This document shows positions 38,380 through 48,628 of a DNA stretch of 64,000 bases, in pieces. Location of the stretch: positions 4,556 through 68,555 of the forward strand of contig JBBDIY010000069.1 of NCBI GenBank assembly GCA_040880185.1, given 5' to 3'. The stretch is from Paenibacillaceae bacterium (GTDB taxonomy: Bacteria > Bacillota > Bacilli > Paenibacillales > UBA4045). A program made the translations under genes and the position numbers. The notes under the pieces are model-generated. The model searched no databases, had not been told where the DNA came from, and worked only from the letters and a program-made list of their open reading frames with translations. Every line of letters begins with the position of its first letter. Within the stretch, counting starts at the first letter, position 1.

Positions 38380-39080
38380 TGAGTGGCCAATCATTAGATA
38401 TTCTCATATTCGGTGCACATCCAGATGATGCGGAAATTGGCATGGGTGCAACGATCTATAAGCATACAAAGGCAGGTAAGCGGGTTGGGATTTGTGATTT
38501 AACGCAAGCAGAGATGTCCTCTAATGGAACGGTTCATACACGGAAGGTAGAGGCAGCAGATGCCTCGGCTATTCTTGGATTAGCTGTTAGATCAAACTTA
38601 GGATTACCAGATAGAGGCTTATTTATGAATACGGAAACGATTCAACAAATTACCCGTGAAATTCGTCAGCATCGCCCACGTATTGTTTTCGCACCTTATT
38701 GGATGGATCGCCATCCCGATCATGTTATGTGCAGTAAGCTTGTTGAAGAAGCGGTTTTTAATGCAAAGCTCCGCAATTATTTGCCAGGTGAAGCACCAGT
38801 TACGGTAGAACGGTTGTATTATTATTATATTAACGATCATTATGAACCACAACTCATTGTGGACGTGTCTGAGGAATATCATATAAAGATGCAAGCACTT
38901 CTAGCTTATAAAACTCAATTTGAGACAGCTGATGCAACGACCAATTATGTACCAACGCCTATTAATCAAGGCTTTCTAGAGCGCATTGATGCGGAAGGAA
39001 GATTGTTAGGTCAGAAATTTAATTGTACATATGCTGAAGGCTTTACGAGTAAGTTGCCTTTGCGTCTTGATTATTTCTAA
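38376..39080 (+). CDS. bshB1: LmbE-family deacetylase, bacillithiol biosynthesis BshB1
   Basis: [13 protein letters not shown] motif. Conserved mgsA-bshB1-bshA order. Confidence 0.8.
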   Translation: MMSGQSLDILIFGAHPDDAEIGMGATIYKHTKAGKRVGICDLTQAEMSSNGTVHTRKVEAADASAILGLAVRSNLGLPDRGLFMNTETIQQITREIRQHRPRIVFAPYWMDRHPDHVMCSKLVEEAVFNAKLRNYLPGEAPVTVERLYYYYINDHYEPQLIVDVSEEYHIKMQALLAYKTQFETADATTNYVPTPINQGFLERIDAEGRLLGQKFNCTYAEGFTSKLPLRLDYF

Positions 39081-39106
39081 CTAAGTAGAAACGGAGCATC
39101 CAAGCC

Positions 39107-40264
39107 ATGCTAAAAATCGGAATTACCTGCTACCCTTCATTGGGAGGATCAGGAGTAGTTGCTACAGAGCTTGGAAAGCTCTTAGCTGAGAAGGGACATC
39201 AGGTCCACTTCATTACGCATAACATGCCTTTTCGCCTGGGACAATACCAGAAGAATATATTCTATCATGAAGTAGAAGTGAATGATTATTCGGTTTTTCG
39301 CTATCCACCTTATGATTTGTCTCTTGCAAGTAAGCAAGCACAGGTTGCCAAGATGCAAGAACTAGATATTCTCCATGTACATTATGCTGTACCACATGCG
39401 ATCTGTGCTTACCTTGCCAAACGTATGGTAGGTGATCATCTCAAGGTAGTTACTACCCTGCATGGTACGGACATCACTGTCTTAGCACAGGATGAATCAC
39501 TCAGTGACTTAATTCGACTTGCTATCAATGAAAGCGATGCGGTTACAGCCGTATCCGATGATTTAATTCGAGAAACTCGTCAAGCATTAGGAATTGAAAA
39601 GCCTATTGACCTTGTATATAATTTTGTGGATAAGAGAGTGTACTACCCGCGGGGTTGTGACATATTAAGAACCGAGTATGCCGAGCCGCATGAGAAAATT
39701 CTCATGCATATATCCAACTTCCGCCCGGTCAAAAGAGTGGCAGATGTCATCGACATCTTCGCCAGAGTGAATGAGAAGATTCCATCACGACTGTTATTAG
39801 TCGGTGAAGGGACGGATTTGTCGAAGATCTGTAGTAAAGTCAAAGAATTGGGTCTTCAGAATCGCGTCTCCTTCTTAGGAAAGCAAGATGAAGTTGCTCA
39901 GATCATCTCTCTTGCTGATATTATGTTGTTGCCCTCAGAAAAGGAAAGCTTTGGGCTGGTAGCACTTGAAGCAATGGCTTGTGGGGTGCCTACCGTCGCT
40001 TCTAATGCAGGAGGAATCCCTGAGCTTGTTACGCATGGTCAGACCGGATACTTGGCCCCTGTGGGAGATACAGTCCAAATGAGCGAATATGTAATTAAAC
40101 TTCTATCTGATGAAGCTTTATATCAATCATTCTCTCAAGCTTGTGTACAAAGAGCTCAAAATCAGTTCTGTGTGGAGCAATTAACGGAGCAATATGAACA
40201 AATTTACTATCGAATATTAGGACAGACAACAAAGCTTGAAGAATCGGTATGTACTCCGTCATGA
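39107..40264 (+). CDS. bshA: GT4 glycosyltransferase, bacillithiol biosynthesis BshA
   Basis: MLKIGITCYPSLGGSGVVATELG N-terminus and the ESFGLVALEAMACGVP EX7E motif. Confidence 0.82.
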   Translation: MLKIGITCYPSLGGSGVVATELGKLLAEKGHQVHFITHNMPFRLGQYQKNIFYHEVEVNDYSVFRYPPYDLSLASKQAQVAKMQELDILHVHYAVPHAICAYLAKRMVGDHLKVVTTLHGTDITVLAQDESLSDLIRLAINESDAVTAVSDDLIRETRQALGIEKPIDLVYNFVDKRVYYPRGCDILRTEYAEPHEKILMHISNFRPVKRVADVIDIFARVNEKIPSRLLLVGEGTDLSKICSKVKELGLQNRVSFLGKQDEVAQIISLADIMLLPSEKESFGLVALEAMACGVPTVASNAGGIPELVTHGQTGYLAPVGDTVQMSEYVIKLLSDEALYQSFSQACVQRAQNQFCVEQLTEQYEQIYYRILGQTTKLEESVCTPS

Positions 40265-40326
40265 TGATTTAATAAATGAGCTTGTCCCAAAAGATAACGT
40301 GGATATATGTAAAGGTGATGATACTC

Positions 40327-41622
40327 ATGACTGATCGTAGTATCGAAGAGAGAGCAACCTATATCATAGAAACCCTTAACGCTCATCAATATGAAGCTTA
40401 CTGGGTTGGTGGATTCGTTAGGGACCGTCTACTTGGTCGAGAAACACAAGATATTGATATTGCTTCTTCAGCTAAGCCAGAGCAGGTCATGTCCTTGTTC
40501 GAGCGTTGTAAACCAACGGGTCTTCAACATGGCACGGTATTAGTCATTGTGGATGGAACGCCATTCGAGGTGACGACATTCCGCGAAGAATCTGGTTATG
40601 ATAATTATCGACGACCTACTGAGGTTACTTTCATACAAGATATCCAAGGTGATTTAAGTCGTAGAGATTTCACGATCAATGCGATGGCCATCGATCGGTC
40701 AGGCGCAATCATCGATCCTTATGGCGGACAAGATGATCTTCATCATCGAATTCTTCGTTGCGTAGGGGATGCACATGTCCGTTTCGGAGAAGATGCTTTA
40801 CGGATGATGAGATGTATCCGATTCGCTGCGGAGTATGATCTGTTCATTGAAGAATTAACATGGGATGCGCTATTAAAGCAAGCACCCTTGTTAACCCATA
40901 TTGCCATGGAGCGGATTAGAGTTGAGCTAGAGCGAATAGTAGGGGGGAATCATTGTGGACGTGGACTTCATCTCTTCGTCGATAGTGGGTTATTCCGACA
41001 CTTCAAATCCCCTGTTGATATCGATTTTGAGCTTTTAACTCAAATAGAACAGAAGGAATTGACGGAATGGCTGTCCAGATTAGAGCTGAACACGCGCTTT
41101 GCATTATTGTTCTTAGTACTGGGTATAAGCTCAGATAGAGCTTTAACCTCTTTGCGTGCGCTAACCTTCGCTAATCAGAGTTTGACGGCAATCAGCGAAC
41201 TATTGTCATTCCATGAATGGTTTGTTAGTGAGATTGAAAGTCCGTCCAAGCGTTCAGATTTGGCTTTAATTATAAAGCTGGGTACATTGAAGTTTGGGAT
41301 GGAAGTATCCAAACAATGGCTTCATATGATCACAGAGGGTCGTGATTGGATCATGGAGAAATCTCCTTATACATCGGAATGGCTTCAAGTCGTTTCATTC
41401 GGTGAACGATGGTTATTAGAGCTTCCAGTCGTATGTCTTCAAGATTTGCAAATTTCCGGCAGTGATGTAGTGAAGGTTGGCTGTGTGCCTGGACCTCGGA
41501 TTGGACAAGTATTGAATATGCTGTTAGAAGAAACAGCATTAGGTTTAATAGACAATGATAAGAAGCAACTCATGTTAAGGGCTAGAAAGCTTGTTGCAGA
41601 GAAGAGTGAGCGAGATGAATGA
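40327..41622 (+). CDS. cca: CCA-adding tRNA nucleotidyltransferase
   Basis: VGGFVRDRLLGRETQDIDI and RRDFTINAMA motifs. The start at 40327 is uncertain; the track start is 40276. Confidence 0.85.
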   Translation: MTDRSIEERATYIIETLNAHQYEAYWVGGFVRDRLLGRETQDIDIASSAKPEQVMSLFERCKPTGLQHGTVLVIVDGTPFEVTTFREESGYDNYRRPTEVTFIQDIQGDLSRRDFTINAMAIDRSGAIIDPYGGQDDLHHRILRCVGDAHVRFGEDALRMMRCIRFAAEYDLFIEELTWDALLKQAPLLTHIAMERIRVELERIVGGNHCGRGLHLFVDSGLFRHFKSPVDIDFELLTQIEQKELTEWLSRLELNTRFALLFLVLGISSDRALTSLRALTFANQSLTAISELLSFHEWFVSEIESPSKRSDLALIIKLGTLKFGMEVSKQWLHMITEGRDWIMEKSPYTSEWLQVVSFGERWLLELPVVCLQDLQISGSDVVKVGCVPGPRIGQVLNMLLEETALGLIDNDKKQLMLRARKLVAEKSERDE

Positions 41623-42580
41623 CTTGATTGTGCAGTACTTCATGGATAGACCAGATCAGTTCGTCTCCGGTGAACAGTTAAGTCAATCTCTGAACTGTTC
41701 TCGTACTGCTATTTGGAAACATATTCAGGAGTTGAAGAAGACTGGGTATCGGTTCGAATCTATCCCGCATAAAGGATATAAGCTTATCCAGAAACCGGGC
41801 TTGTTCCGTGCAACAGAGCTAATCGCTGCATGCAGCTCAAGTAATCTTGGACGACATATCCATCTCTTCGATGAACTAGAGTCCACTCAAACCGAAGCTC
41901 ATCGACTAGTAGCTAACGGATCAGGTCAAGGAACATTAGTTATTGCCGAGAGGCAAACTTCAGGTCGTGGACGCATGGGTCGCCCTTGGCATTCACCCGC
42001 TGGCCTTGGGATATGGATGAGTTTAGTTATTACGCCACAATTGACATTACCCTTCGCCCCACAGATCACTTTGTTAACAGCGGTAGCGCTATGCAGAACG
42101 ATAAGGAAAAGCTATCAAGTTGATATTGGTATTAAGTGGCCGAACGACTTATTAATTAAGGGTCGCAAGGTTAGTGGTATTCTGGTCGAATCAAGCGGTG
42201 AGGATGAGCGTATACGCTATATGGTCATTGGGGTTGGAATAGGGTGTAATATAGAAACTGAGGATTATCCCGAAGAGCTTAGAGAAATTGCCACATCATT
42301 ATGCATAGAAACAGGTGTTAGAATTGATCGGACGCAGCTAATCGCCAGCTTTCTACAACAATTTGAGGAATTATATAGCTTATATTCAGAACAAGGCTTT
42401 GCACCGATTCGTACATTATGGGAATCTCTAAGCGTTTCCTTACACAAACCAATCCGCGTTCTAAGTGGTGGAAAATGGATAGAAGGGCTCGCTTCTGGGA
42501 TCGATGAGATGGGTGCTCTGATTGTCCGTCAATCGAATGGGGAACATTTATATATATATTCAGGTGAAACGAATATATAG
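41615..42580 (+). CDS. birA: biotin--[acetyl-CoA-carboxylase] ligase / biotin operon repressor
   Basis: N-terminal wHTH (LNCSRTAIWKHIQELKKTGY) and GRGRMGRPW. The ATG overlaps the end of cca. Confidence 0.9.
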   Translation: MNDLIVQYFMDRPDQFVSGEQLSQSLNCSRTAIWKHIQELKKTGYRFESIPHKGYKLIQKPGLFRATELIAACSSSNLGRHIHLFDELESTQTEAHRLVANGSGQGTLVIAERQTSGRGRMGRPWHSPAGLGIWMSLVITPQLTLPFAPQITLLTAVALCRTIRKSYQVDIGIKWPNDLLIKGRKVSGILVESSGEDERIRYMVIGVGIGCNIETEDYPEELREIATSLCIETGVRIDRTQLIASFLQQFEELYSLYSEQGFAPIRTLWESLSVSLHKPIRVLSGGKWIEGLASGIDEMGALIVRQSNGEHLYIYSGETNI

Positions 42581-42597
42581 TTTTTTTTGTCAAGGTT

Positions 42598-42606
42598 TGT
42601 TATAAT
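42598..42606 (+). promoter_or_regulatory. extended -10 promoter element (TGTTATAAT) for the pan leader
   Basis: TG at 42598-42599 and TATAAT at 42601-42606. No good -35 element at a 17-nt spacing. Confidence 0.4.
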
Positions 42607-42614
42607 AACCCCAA

Positions 42615-42718
42615 GAGGCGATATCTATTCTGATGTGAATCGCACTCCACATGCTTTCATGCTTATCACAATCACATAGTTCATGGATTCTGCTCTGAGC
42701 CGTAAGGACCGAGACAGA
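42615..42718 (+). promoter_or_regulatory. panBCD leader: two hairpins with bulged A residues (possible pan-motif-like cis-regulatory RNA)
   Basis: Hairpin 1: 42615-42622 pairs with 42639-42647, with A42644 bulged. Hairpin 2: 42689-42695 pairs with 42711-42718 (A42714 bulged), with an inner helix closing a GTAA loop (A42708 bulged). Confidence 0.45.
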
Positions 42719-42748
42719 TAAGAACGAAATTACATTTAATTCAAGTAG

Positions 42749-42782
42749 AATCCTTCTAGCTTATATGCTGAGGGATTTTTTT
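42749..42782 (+). terminator. leader terminator upstream of panB
   Basis: AATCCTTC (42749-42756) pairs with GAGGGATT (42770-42777), with an inner AGC/GCT helix, then a T-run to 42782. It lies 70 nt upstream of the panB ATG. Confidence 0.8.
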
Positions 42783-42851
42783 GCGAATAAGAAAGTATAA
42801 TAATTATTAATTTCATTAAGTACTTACATTCAACTCAAGAGGTGAACCTAT

Positions 42852-43715
42852 ATGATGGATGTTCAAAAACCAGTGAGTACCGTTAGTTTGAAGCGAATGA
42901 AGCGTGAGGGAGTTCCGATTGCAGTCATTACGGCTTACGACTATCCTTCGGCTAAGCACGCTGATGAAGCGGGTGCTGATGTCATTCTTGTTGGTGATTC
43001 ATTAGGGAACGTTGTACTCGGATATGATTCCACACTCCCAGTCACATTAGATGATATGGTGTATCATACGAAAGCTGTGACACGGGCTGTAAAACGTAGC
43101 TTTGTTATTACGGATATGCCGTTTCTAACTTATCATGGCAATATTGATGGAACGTTGCGTAATGCTGCACGTCTTATGCAAGAAGGTCTAACTAAAGCGA
43201 TCAAGATGGAGGGTGGACTTGAAATCATCCCCGCGATTGATGCATGCGTGAAGGCTGGAATACCCGTTATGGGTCATCTTGGATTGACCCCGCAATCAAT
43301 TCATCAGCTAGGTGGGTATATTGTTCAAGGTAAGACGGAATTGAAGGCACAACGATTAATCGATGATGCCAAGCGTTTAGAAGATGCAGGAGCATTCGCG
43401 ATTGTACTCGAGCTCGTTCCTGAATCGCTAGCTGCGCATATCTCAGAGTTATTGTCGATACCGACGATTGGTATTGGAGCAGGAAGAGGCTGCGACGGTC
43501 AAGTGTTGGTATTCCACGATGTTCTAGGCTATGGCGATCCTCATCCGAAGAAATTCGTCAAAGCATTCGCGAATATCGGGCAACAAATACATCAAGGCAT
43601 ATCTGAATACGTACGTGAGGTAAAGGAACGAAGCTTTCCAGATGAGAGCCATGTATTCCAAACCGAGGATAACGATGTTAAACAGCTATATGGTGCTGCT
43701 AATCAGAAGGAGTGA
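42852..43715 (+). CDS. panB: 3-methyl-2-oxobutanoate hydroxymethyltransferase
   Basis: VGDSLGNVVLGY and KMEGG motifs. Confidence 0.95.
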   Translation: MMDVQKPVSTVSLKRMKREGVPIAVITAYDYPSAKHADEAGADVILVGDSLGNVVLGYDSTLPVTLDDMVYHTKAVTRAVKRSFVITDMPFLTYHGNIDGTLRNAARLMQEGLTKAIKMEGGLEIIPAIDACVKAGIPVMGHLGLTPQSIHQLGGYIVQGKTELKAQRLIDDAKRLEDAGAFAIVLELVPESLAAHISELLSIPTIGIGAGRGCDGQVLVFHDVLGYGDPHPKKFVKAFANIGQQIHQGISEYVREVKERSFPDESHVFQTEDNDVKQLYGAANQKE

Positions 43716-43721
43716 TGAGCG

Positions 43722-44639
43722 ATGCGGGTATATCACAAAATTACCGAACTTCAAGCTGAAATTCATTCATTCCGCACAAGGGTTGGCAGGGATCAGAAGG
43801 TTACGATTGGATTTGTTCCAACGATGGGTTATCTACATGCTGGACACGAAAGCTTGCTCCAGCATGCTCGTAGTCACGATGATCTCGTCGTTCTTAGCAT
43901 CTTTGTAAATCCATTGCAATTTGGTCCAAATGAGGATTTCGAGACATATCCACGGAATACAGAGCAGGATTTACAGCTTGCCGAACAGGCAGGAGTCGAT
44001 ATCGTCTTCTTACCTTCAGTAGAAGAGATGTACCCACAATATCCGTTAGCGACGAAAGTAACTATTGGTGATATAGCATCTGGACTTTGTGGAGCATCAC
44101 GTCCAGGACACTTCGATGGAGTTGTCACAGTGGTGTCTAAGCTGTTCCATATCGTAATACCTGATCACGCATACTTCGGCCAGAAGGATATTCAACAGGT
44201 AGCCGTCATTACACAAATGGTGCAGGATCTGAACATGTCCGTGAAGATCATACCGTGTCCGACCGTCCGTGTAACCGATGGACTGGCACTTAGCTCACGC
44301 AATGTATATTTAAAGCCCGATGAACGATCACAAGCCATTATTCTATCACAGACTTTGGCTAAGGCTGATGAATGGTTGAGCATGCCGAACATAACCGCAG
44401 AGCAGCTTGAGGAACAGTTAGCTTTGGAAATTAAGAAGGCGCCACTGGCCAACATTGAGTATGCGACGCTTGTTTCCTATCCAGATCTACAGCCTTTTGA
44501 AGTTGGAGTTCCCATTGCCCAAACGGAACAATGGAATGGTCATAAAGATGTTGTTATCGTATTAGCAGTCAAGTTTGGTAAAACCCGATTGATTGACAAT
44601 CGAATCATGAAACTTTCAGGAGGTGTTTCACATGCTTAG
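43722..44639 (+). CDS. panC: pantoate--beta-alanine ligase
   Basis: [11 protein letters not shown] (HIGH-like) and FGQKDIQQ motifs. Confidence 0.95.
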   Translation: MRVYHKITELQAEIHSFRTRVGRDQKVTIGFVPTMGYLHAGHESLLQHARSHDDLVVLSIFVNPLQFGPNEDFETYPRNTEQDLQLAEQAGVDIVFLPSVEEMYPQYPLATKVTIGDIASGLCGASRPGHFDGVVTVVSKLFHIVIPDHAYFGQKDIQQVAVITQMVQDLNMSVKIIPCPTVRVTDGLALSSRNVYLKPDERSQAIILSQTLAKADEWLSMPNITAEQLEEQLALEIKKAPLANIEYATLVSYPDLQPFEVGVPIAQTEQWNGHKDVVIVLAVKFGKTRLIDNRIMKLSGGVSHA

Positions 44640-45015
44640 AACAATGATGAAATCCAAGCTGCACCGCGCGACTGTGACCGAGGCCAATCTGAACTATGTC
44701 GGTAGTATTACGATTGATCAAGATTTGATCGATCTCATTGACGTATATGAGAATGAAAAGGTGCAGATCGTGGACAACAATAACGGTTCAAGATTTGAAA
44801 CATACGTAATACCAGGTCCTAGAGGATCCGGAGTAATCTGTTTGAATGGAGCGGCAGCTAGACTCGTTCAACCCGGTGACAAGATCATCATCATATCTTA
44901 TGGTATGATGACAAGTGAAGAAGCACGAAATTATAAACCGTTAATCGCTATTCTCGATGATAATAATAAGGTGGTCCAAACAACCAAAGAAGAGCCACAC
45001 TCCACTGTGTTATAA
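44632..45015 (+). CDS. panD: aspartate 1-decarboxylase
   Basis: [21 protein letters not shown] includes the Gly-Ser self-cleavage site. ATG lies 9 nt after GGAGG. Confidence 0.95.
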   Translation: MLRTMMKSKLHRATVTEANLNYVGSITIDQDLIDLIDVYENEKVQIVDNNNGSRFETYVIPGPRGSGVICLNGAAARLVQPGDKIIIISYGMMTSEEARNYKPLIAILDDNNKVVQTTKEEPHSTVL

Positions 45016-45044
45016 TTTGAGTTGTAGCTTTTATTCAAGAGGAG

Positions 45045-47957
45045 TTGGGCCCCATTATACGCAAATATGCAGTTCTCGACTTTGAAACAACGGGCGCCGA
45101 ATCCCATGATCGCATCATCCAGGTTGGGCTCACCATTGTCGAGGACGGATTAATTACACAAACCTATTCGTCATTCGTTCGTCCAGGAATACCAATTCCG
45201 GACGTTATTCGTCGTTTAACGGGTATTGAAGCTACGATGGTCAGCGATGCACCTGAGCTGGATGATGTTCTAATTGAGATGCTACCGTTGCTTAGTGATG
45301 CAATTCTAGTCGCCCATAATGCGATTTTTGATCTTGGATTTCTCCAAAGAGCGCTTCTTGAGGCTGGGTATGAACCCTATAATGGCAGAGTTCTCGATAC
45401 GATTCATTTTCTACGCTTCCTATACCCGGGATTGTCGAGCTTATCGTTAGGTCGTGCATGTCATGCGCTTAACATCCCGCATGAACGTCATCATCAAGCA
45501 GACAGTGATGCACAAGCTACGGCAAATCTATGGTTGCATTGTCTGGAGCGAGTACAGAATCTACCATTACTTACCGTACAACGTTTAGCAGGGATATTCG
45601 CTGTTACACCTATGTTCGAAGATATCGTATGGTTTCTTCAAGAAATCGAACGTGATAAGGAAATACGTAGTGATGTGATCGAGGGATCGGATCATTATTA
45701 TCGACAGCTCTACCTTAAAGTCAATGATTGGAATGATGAAGAGGATGAGATCCATCGTTCCATTCCGGCTGACTATTCTGAGGGTGAGGGTGGTTTTGTT
45801 GATTTCTATGATCAATTCAAGCCACAGTTGCAGAATAAATTTAAACGATTCGAGGAACGCGAAGGCCAAGATCAGATGATTCATGAGGTGCACCGTACAT
45901 TCACTGAAGGTCAGCATCTGATGATTGAAGCGGGAACGGGAACGGGCAAATCACTTGGATATCTAATTCCGTCCGTATATTATAGTGTTCTGAATGAAGA
46001 GAAGGTTGTTATCAGCACGCATACCATTAATCTACAGGAGCAAATTCGTCAAAGAGATATTCCTTTACTACAAGAGCTATTTCCTTTCCCATTCAAAGCA
46101 GCTGTGCTCAAAGGGAGAAGCCATTATTTGTGCTTGCGCAAATTTGAGAATAAAGTGAATACATCAGATTTCGAGAATCCTAAGGAAGATCCAATTACTG
46201 CTGCTCAGATGGTCGTTTGGTTAGGTCAGACGAATCACGGGGATGAGGAGGAAATCCACTTTGCCAATAAGGGTAAGGATTTCTGGCGTTCTGTTGAGAG
46301 TGATACAGATTCTTGTCTAAACCGGGCATGTCCTTGGTTTAAGAAGTGCTTCTATCACCGGGCCAGACATGAAGCGAATGTGGCCGATATCGTCATCACG
46401 AATCATTCTTTATTATTCACTGATGTGAAGGCAGAGAACCGTATTCTCCCAGCCTATCGCTATTTGGTTATCGATGAGGCTCATCAATTCGAGGAGACGG
46501 CAAGTAAGCATCTCGGTATTGAGGTTGGCTATTATACGATGGTCAAGGCGCTGACATGGTTGTATAAAGACAATCGAAGTGGGCTGCTACCACAGCTCAT
46601 ATTCCGTCTACAACGTCAAGAAGAGGATGACAGTCGTGAGGCAGCAGGTCAACTGGAAGCGATGATTCCAGAAGTGATTAAGGTTCGGGAAGAGTGGGAT
46701 CAATTAACGGATCGCCTGTATGGTTTGTTGTCTACGACTGGGGATGCTTCATCCGAAGTCGGACAGCATGTGTTACGACTGAAGAAGGACTCTTTCCCAT
46801 CAGGATGGAACGAGGTTCATACATTAGAAGACAATATATATGTACGTCTAACAGACATCTTGAAGCTATTGGAACGAATATCAGGCGAGTTAAAGGAAAG
46901 TCAGGATAAGTACGATTTACAGAGCTTATTGACCGATATGAATGGTTCGATGAAGGATTTGTTCCGTCTTCGCGATCAATTACGGTTTATTCTTCATTGT
47001 GATGACAAGGATCAGCCATTCGTGTTCTGGTTGGAGGCTCACCCCTACTATCGTAGTAAATCTCTTCAGCTAGTTGGCGTACCGATTGATGTGAGTCCAA
47101 TGCTGCAAAATTATTTTTTTGAGAACAAAGAAAGTGTGGTATTGACCTCGGCTACGTTGTCGGTGGAGAAATCGTTCCAATATGCCTGTGATCAGCTTGG
47201 GCTGCAATCCTCACTCGATACCAACAAGTTAAGGACCGTACAACTACCTTCAGCGTTCAATTATAGGGAGCAAGCTCTCGTCATCGTTCCCCGTGATTTT
47301 CCAAGTGTGAAAGGCAGTGGAGATCCTGTATTCCTAGAAGCTCTCGCAAGATCATTAACGGAAGTTGCAATAGAGACGAAAGGACGAATGCTAGTCTTAT
47401 TCACCTCCCACCGGATGCTCAAGCAAATTCATGAGATGATTCGTAATCCCCTAGCAGAGCAAGGCATTCAGCTACTAGGACAGGGAATGGACAGCACGAG
47501 TCGCAGTAAGTTGATCCATCTATTCCAAGAGCAAACGGCAAGTGTGTTACTCGGGACGAGCAGCTTCTGGGAAGGCGTAGATATCCCTGGACAGGCTCTA
47601 AGCTGTCTGGCGATCGTAAGACTACCTTTTCAGCCGCCTAACCACCCACTTGTAGAAGCGAAGAATGATGCTTTAAAGAGGATGAATAAGAACCCCTTCA
47701 TGAAGCTATCTGTCCCACAAGCAGTTATTCGCTTCAAGCAGGGCTTTGGACGATTGGTGAGGACATCACAGGATAAAGGCATTGTTATTATCTATGATAC
47801 AAGGGTCATCGATACTTCATACGGCAAATACTTCTTATATTCCTTACCTGGACCGAAAATCGAACACTTACCTACCGATCAATTGGTTCCTAGAATTCAG
47901 GATTGGATGAAGCTAGATTCGGAAATATATGAACGTGAAGGGGAGATTGTGCTATGA
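45045..47957 (+). CDS. dinG: DinG-family ATP-dependent helicase with N-terminal DEDD 3'-5' exonuclease domain
   Basis: Exonuclease motifs AVLDFETTG and HNAIFD. Helicase motifs AGTGTGKS and VIDEAHQF. The exact start is uncertain because the TTG abuts the SD. Confidence 0.85.
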   Translation: MGPIIRKYAVLDFETTGAESHDRIIQVGLTIVEDGLITQTYSSFVRPGIPIPDVIRRLTGIEATMVSDAPELDDVLIEMLPLLSDAILVAHNAIFDLGFLQRALLEAGYEPYNGRVLDTIHFLRFLYPGLSSLSLGRACHALNIPHERHHQADSDAQATANLWLHCLERVQNLPLLTVQRLAGIFAVTPMFEDIVWFLQEIERDKEIRSDVIEGSDHYYRQLYLKVNDWNDEEDEIHRSIPADYSEGEGGFVDFYDQFKPQLQNKFKRFEEREGQDQMIHEVHRTFTEGQHLMIEAGTGTGKSLGYLIPSVYYSVLNEEKVVISTHTINLQEQIRQRDIPLLQELFPFPFKAAVLKGRSHYLCLRKFENKVNTSDFENPKEDPITAAQMVVWLGQTNHGDEEEIHFANKGKDFWRSVESDTDSCLNRACPWFKKCFYHRARHEANVADIVITNHSLLFTDVKAENRILPAYRYLVIDEAHQFEETASKHLGIEVGYYTMVKALTWLYKDNRSGLLPQLIFRLQRQEEDDSREAAGQLEAMIPEVIKVREEWDQLTDRLYGLLSTTGDASSEVGQHVLRLKKDSFPSGWNEVHTLEDNIYVRLTDILKLLERISGELKESQDKYDLQSLLTDMNGSMKDLFRLRDQLRFILHCDDKDQPFVFWLEAHPYYRSKSLQLVGVPIDVSPMLQNYFFENKESVVLTSATLSVEKSFQYACDQLGLQSSLDTNKLRTVQLPSAFNYREQALVIVPRDFPSVKGSGDPVFLEALARSLTEVAIETKGRMLVLFTSHRMLKQIHEMIRNPLAEQGIQLLGQGMDSTSRSKLIHLFQEQTASVLLGTSSFWEGVDIPGQALSCLAIVRLPFQPPNHPLVEAKNDALKRMNKNPFMKLSVPQAVIRFKQGFGRLVRTSQDKGIVIIYDTRVIDTSYGKYFLYSLPGPKIEHLPTDQLVPRIQDWMKLDSEIYEREGEIVL

Positions 47958-48574
47958 AAACCTTGAAAATTTCTGATGCTGTTGTTAGAAGGCTGCCTGT
48001 TTACTTAAGATATCTGGACGAGCTAAGTATGAAGAATGTGCAAACGGTCTCCTCACAGGACTTAGGTACGAAACTGGATTTAAACCCAGCACAAATCCGT
48101 AAGGATTTAGCTTATTTTGGCGAGTTCGGTAAGAAGGGTATCGGGTATGATGTGAATTACTTGATTGAGAAAATAAGGCAGATTCTGAAAATCGACAAGC
48201 TGATCAATGTTGCTCTTGTGGGAGCAGGGAACTTGGGGCATGCTCTATGTAATTATAATGTGTATTTGAAGGATCATATGAAGATTTGTGCAGTGTTCGA
48301 TGCAGCTCCTGCAAGAGTAGGAGAGAAAATTCATAACATCACGGTACAACCGATGCAGGAATTGTCACAAACGATTAAGCTGCAGGGAATACGGATCGGT
48401 ATTATTACGGTACCTGCACAAGAAGCACAGCTTGTAGCCAATTTGTTCGTTGATGCAGGTGTTGAGGCGATACTAAATTTTGCTCCGGCAATCATAAGAG
48501 TTCCTGCTGAGATCCGTGTGCATCACGCTGATTTTACGACAGAGCTTCAAAGTTTAGCGTATTTCTTGGATTAA
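47954..48574 (+). CDS. rex: redox-sensing transcriptional repressor Rex
   Basis: RLPVYLRYL wHTH and the VGAGNLGHAL NADH-binding Rossmann motif. ATGA overlap with dinG. Confidence 0.9.
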   Translation: MKTLKISDAVVRRLPVYLRYLDELSMKNVQTVSSQDLGTKLDLNPAQIRKDLAYFGEFGKKGIGYDVNYLIEKIRQILKIDKLINVALVGAGNLGHALCNYNVYLKDHMKICAVFDAAPARVGEKIHNITVQPMQELSQTIKLQGIRIGIITVPAQEAQLVANLFVDAGVEAILNFAPAIIRVPAEIRVHHADFTTELQSLAYFLD

Positions 48575-48628
48575 CTTGGATTAATGAATAATCAAATTCT
48601 AACCTACCTTGAAGGGGTGTTATACGAG

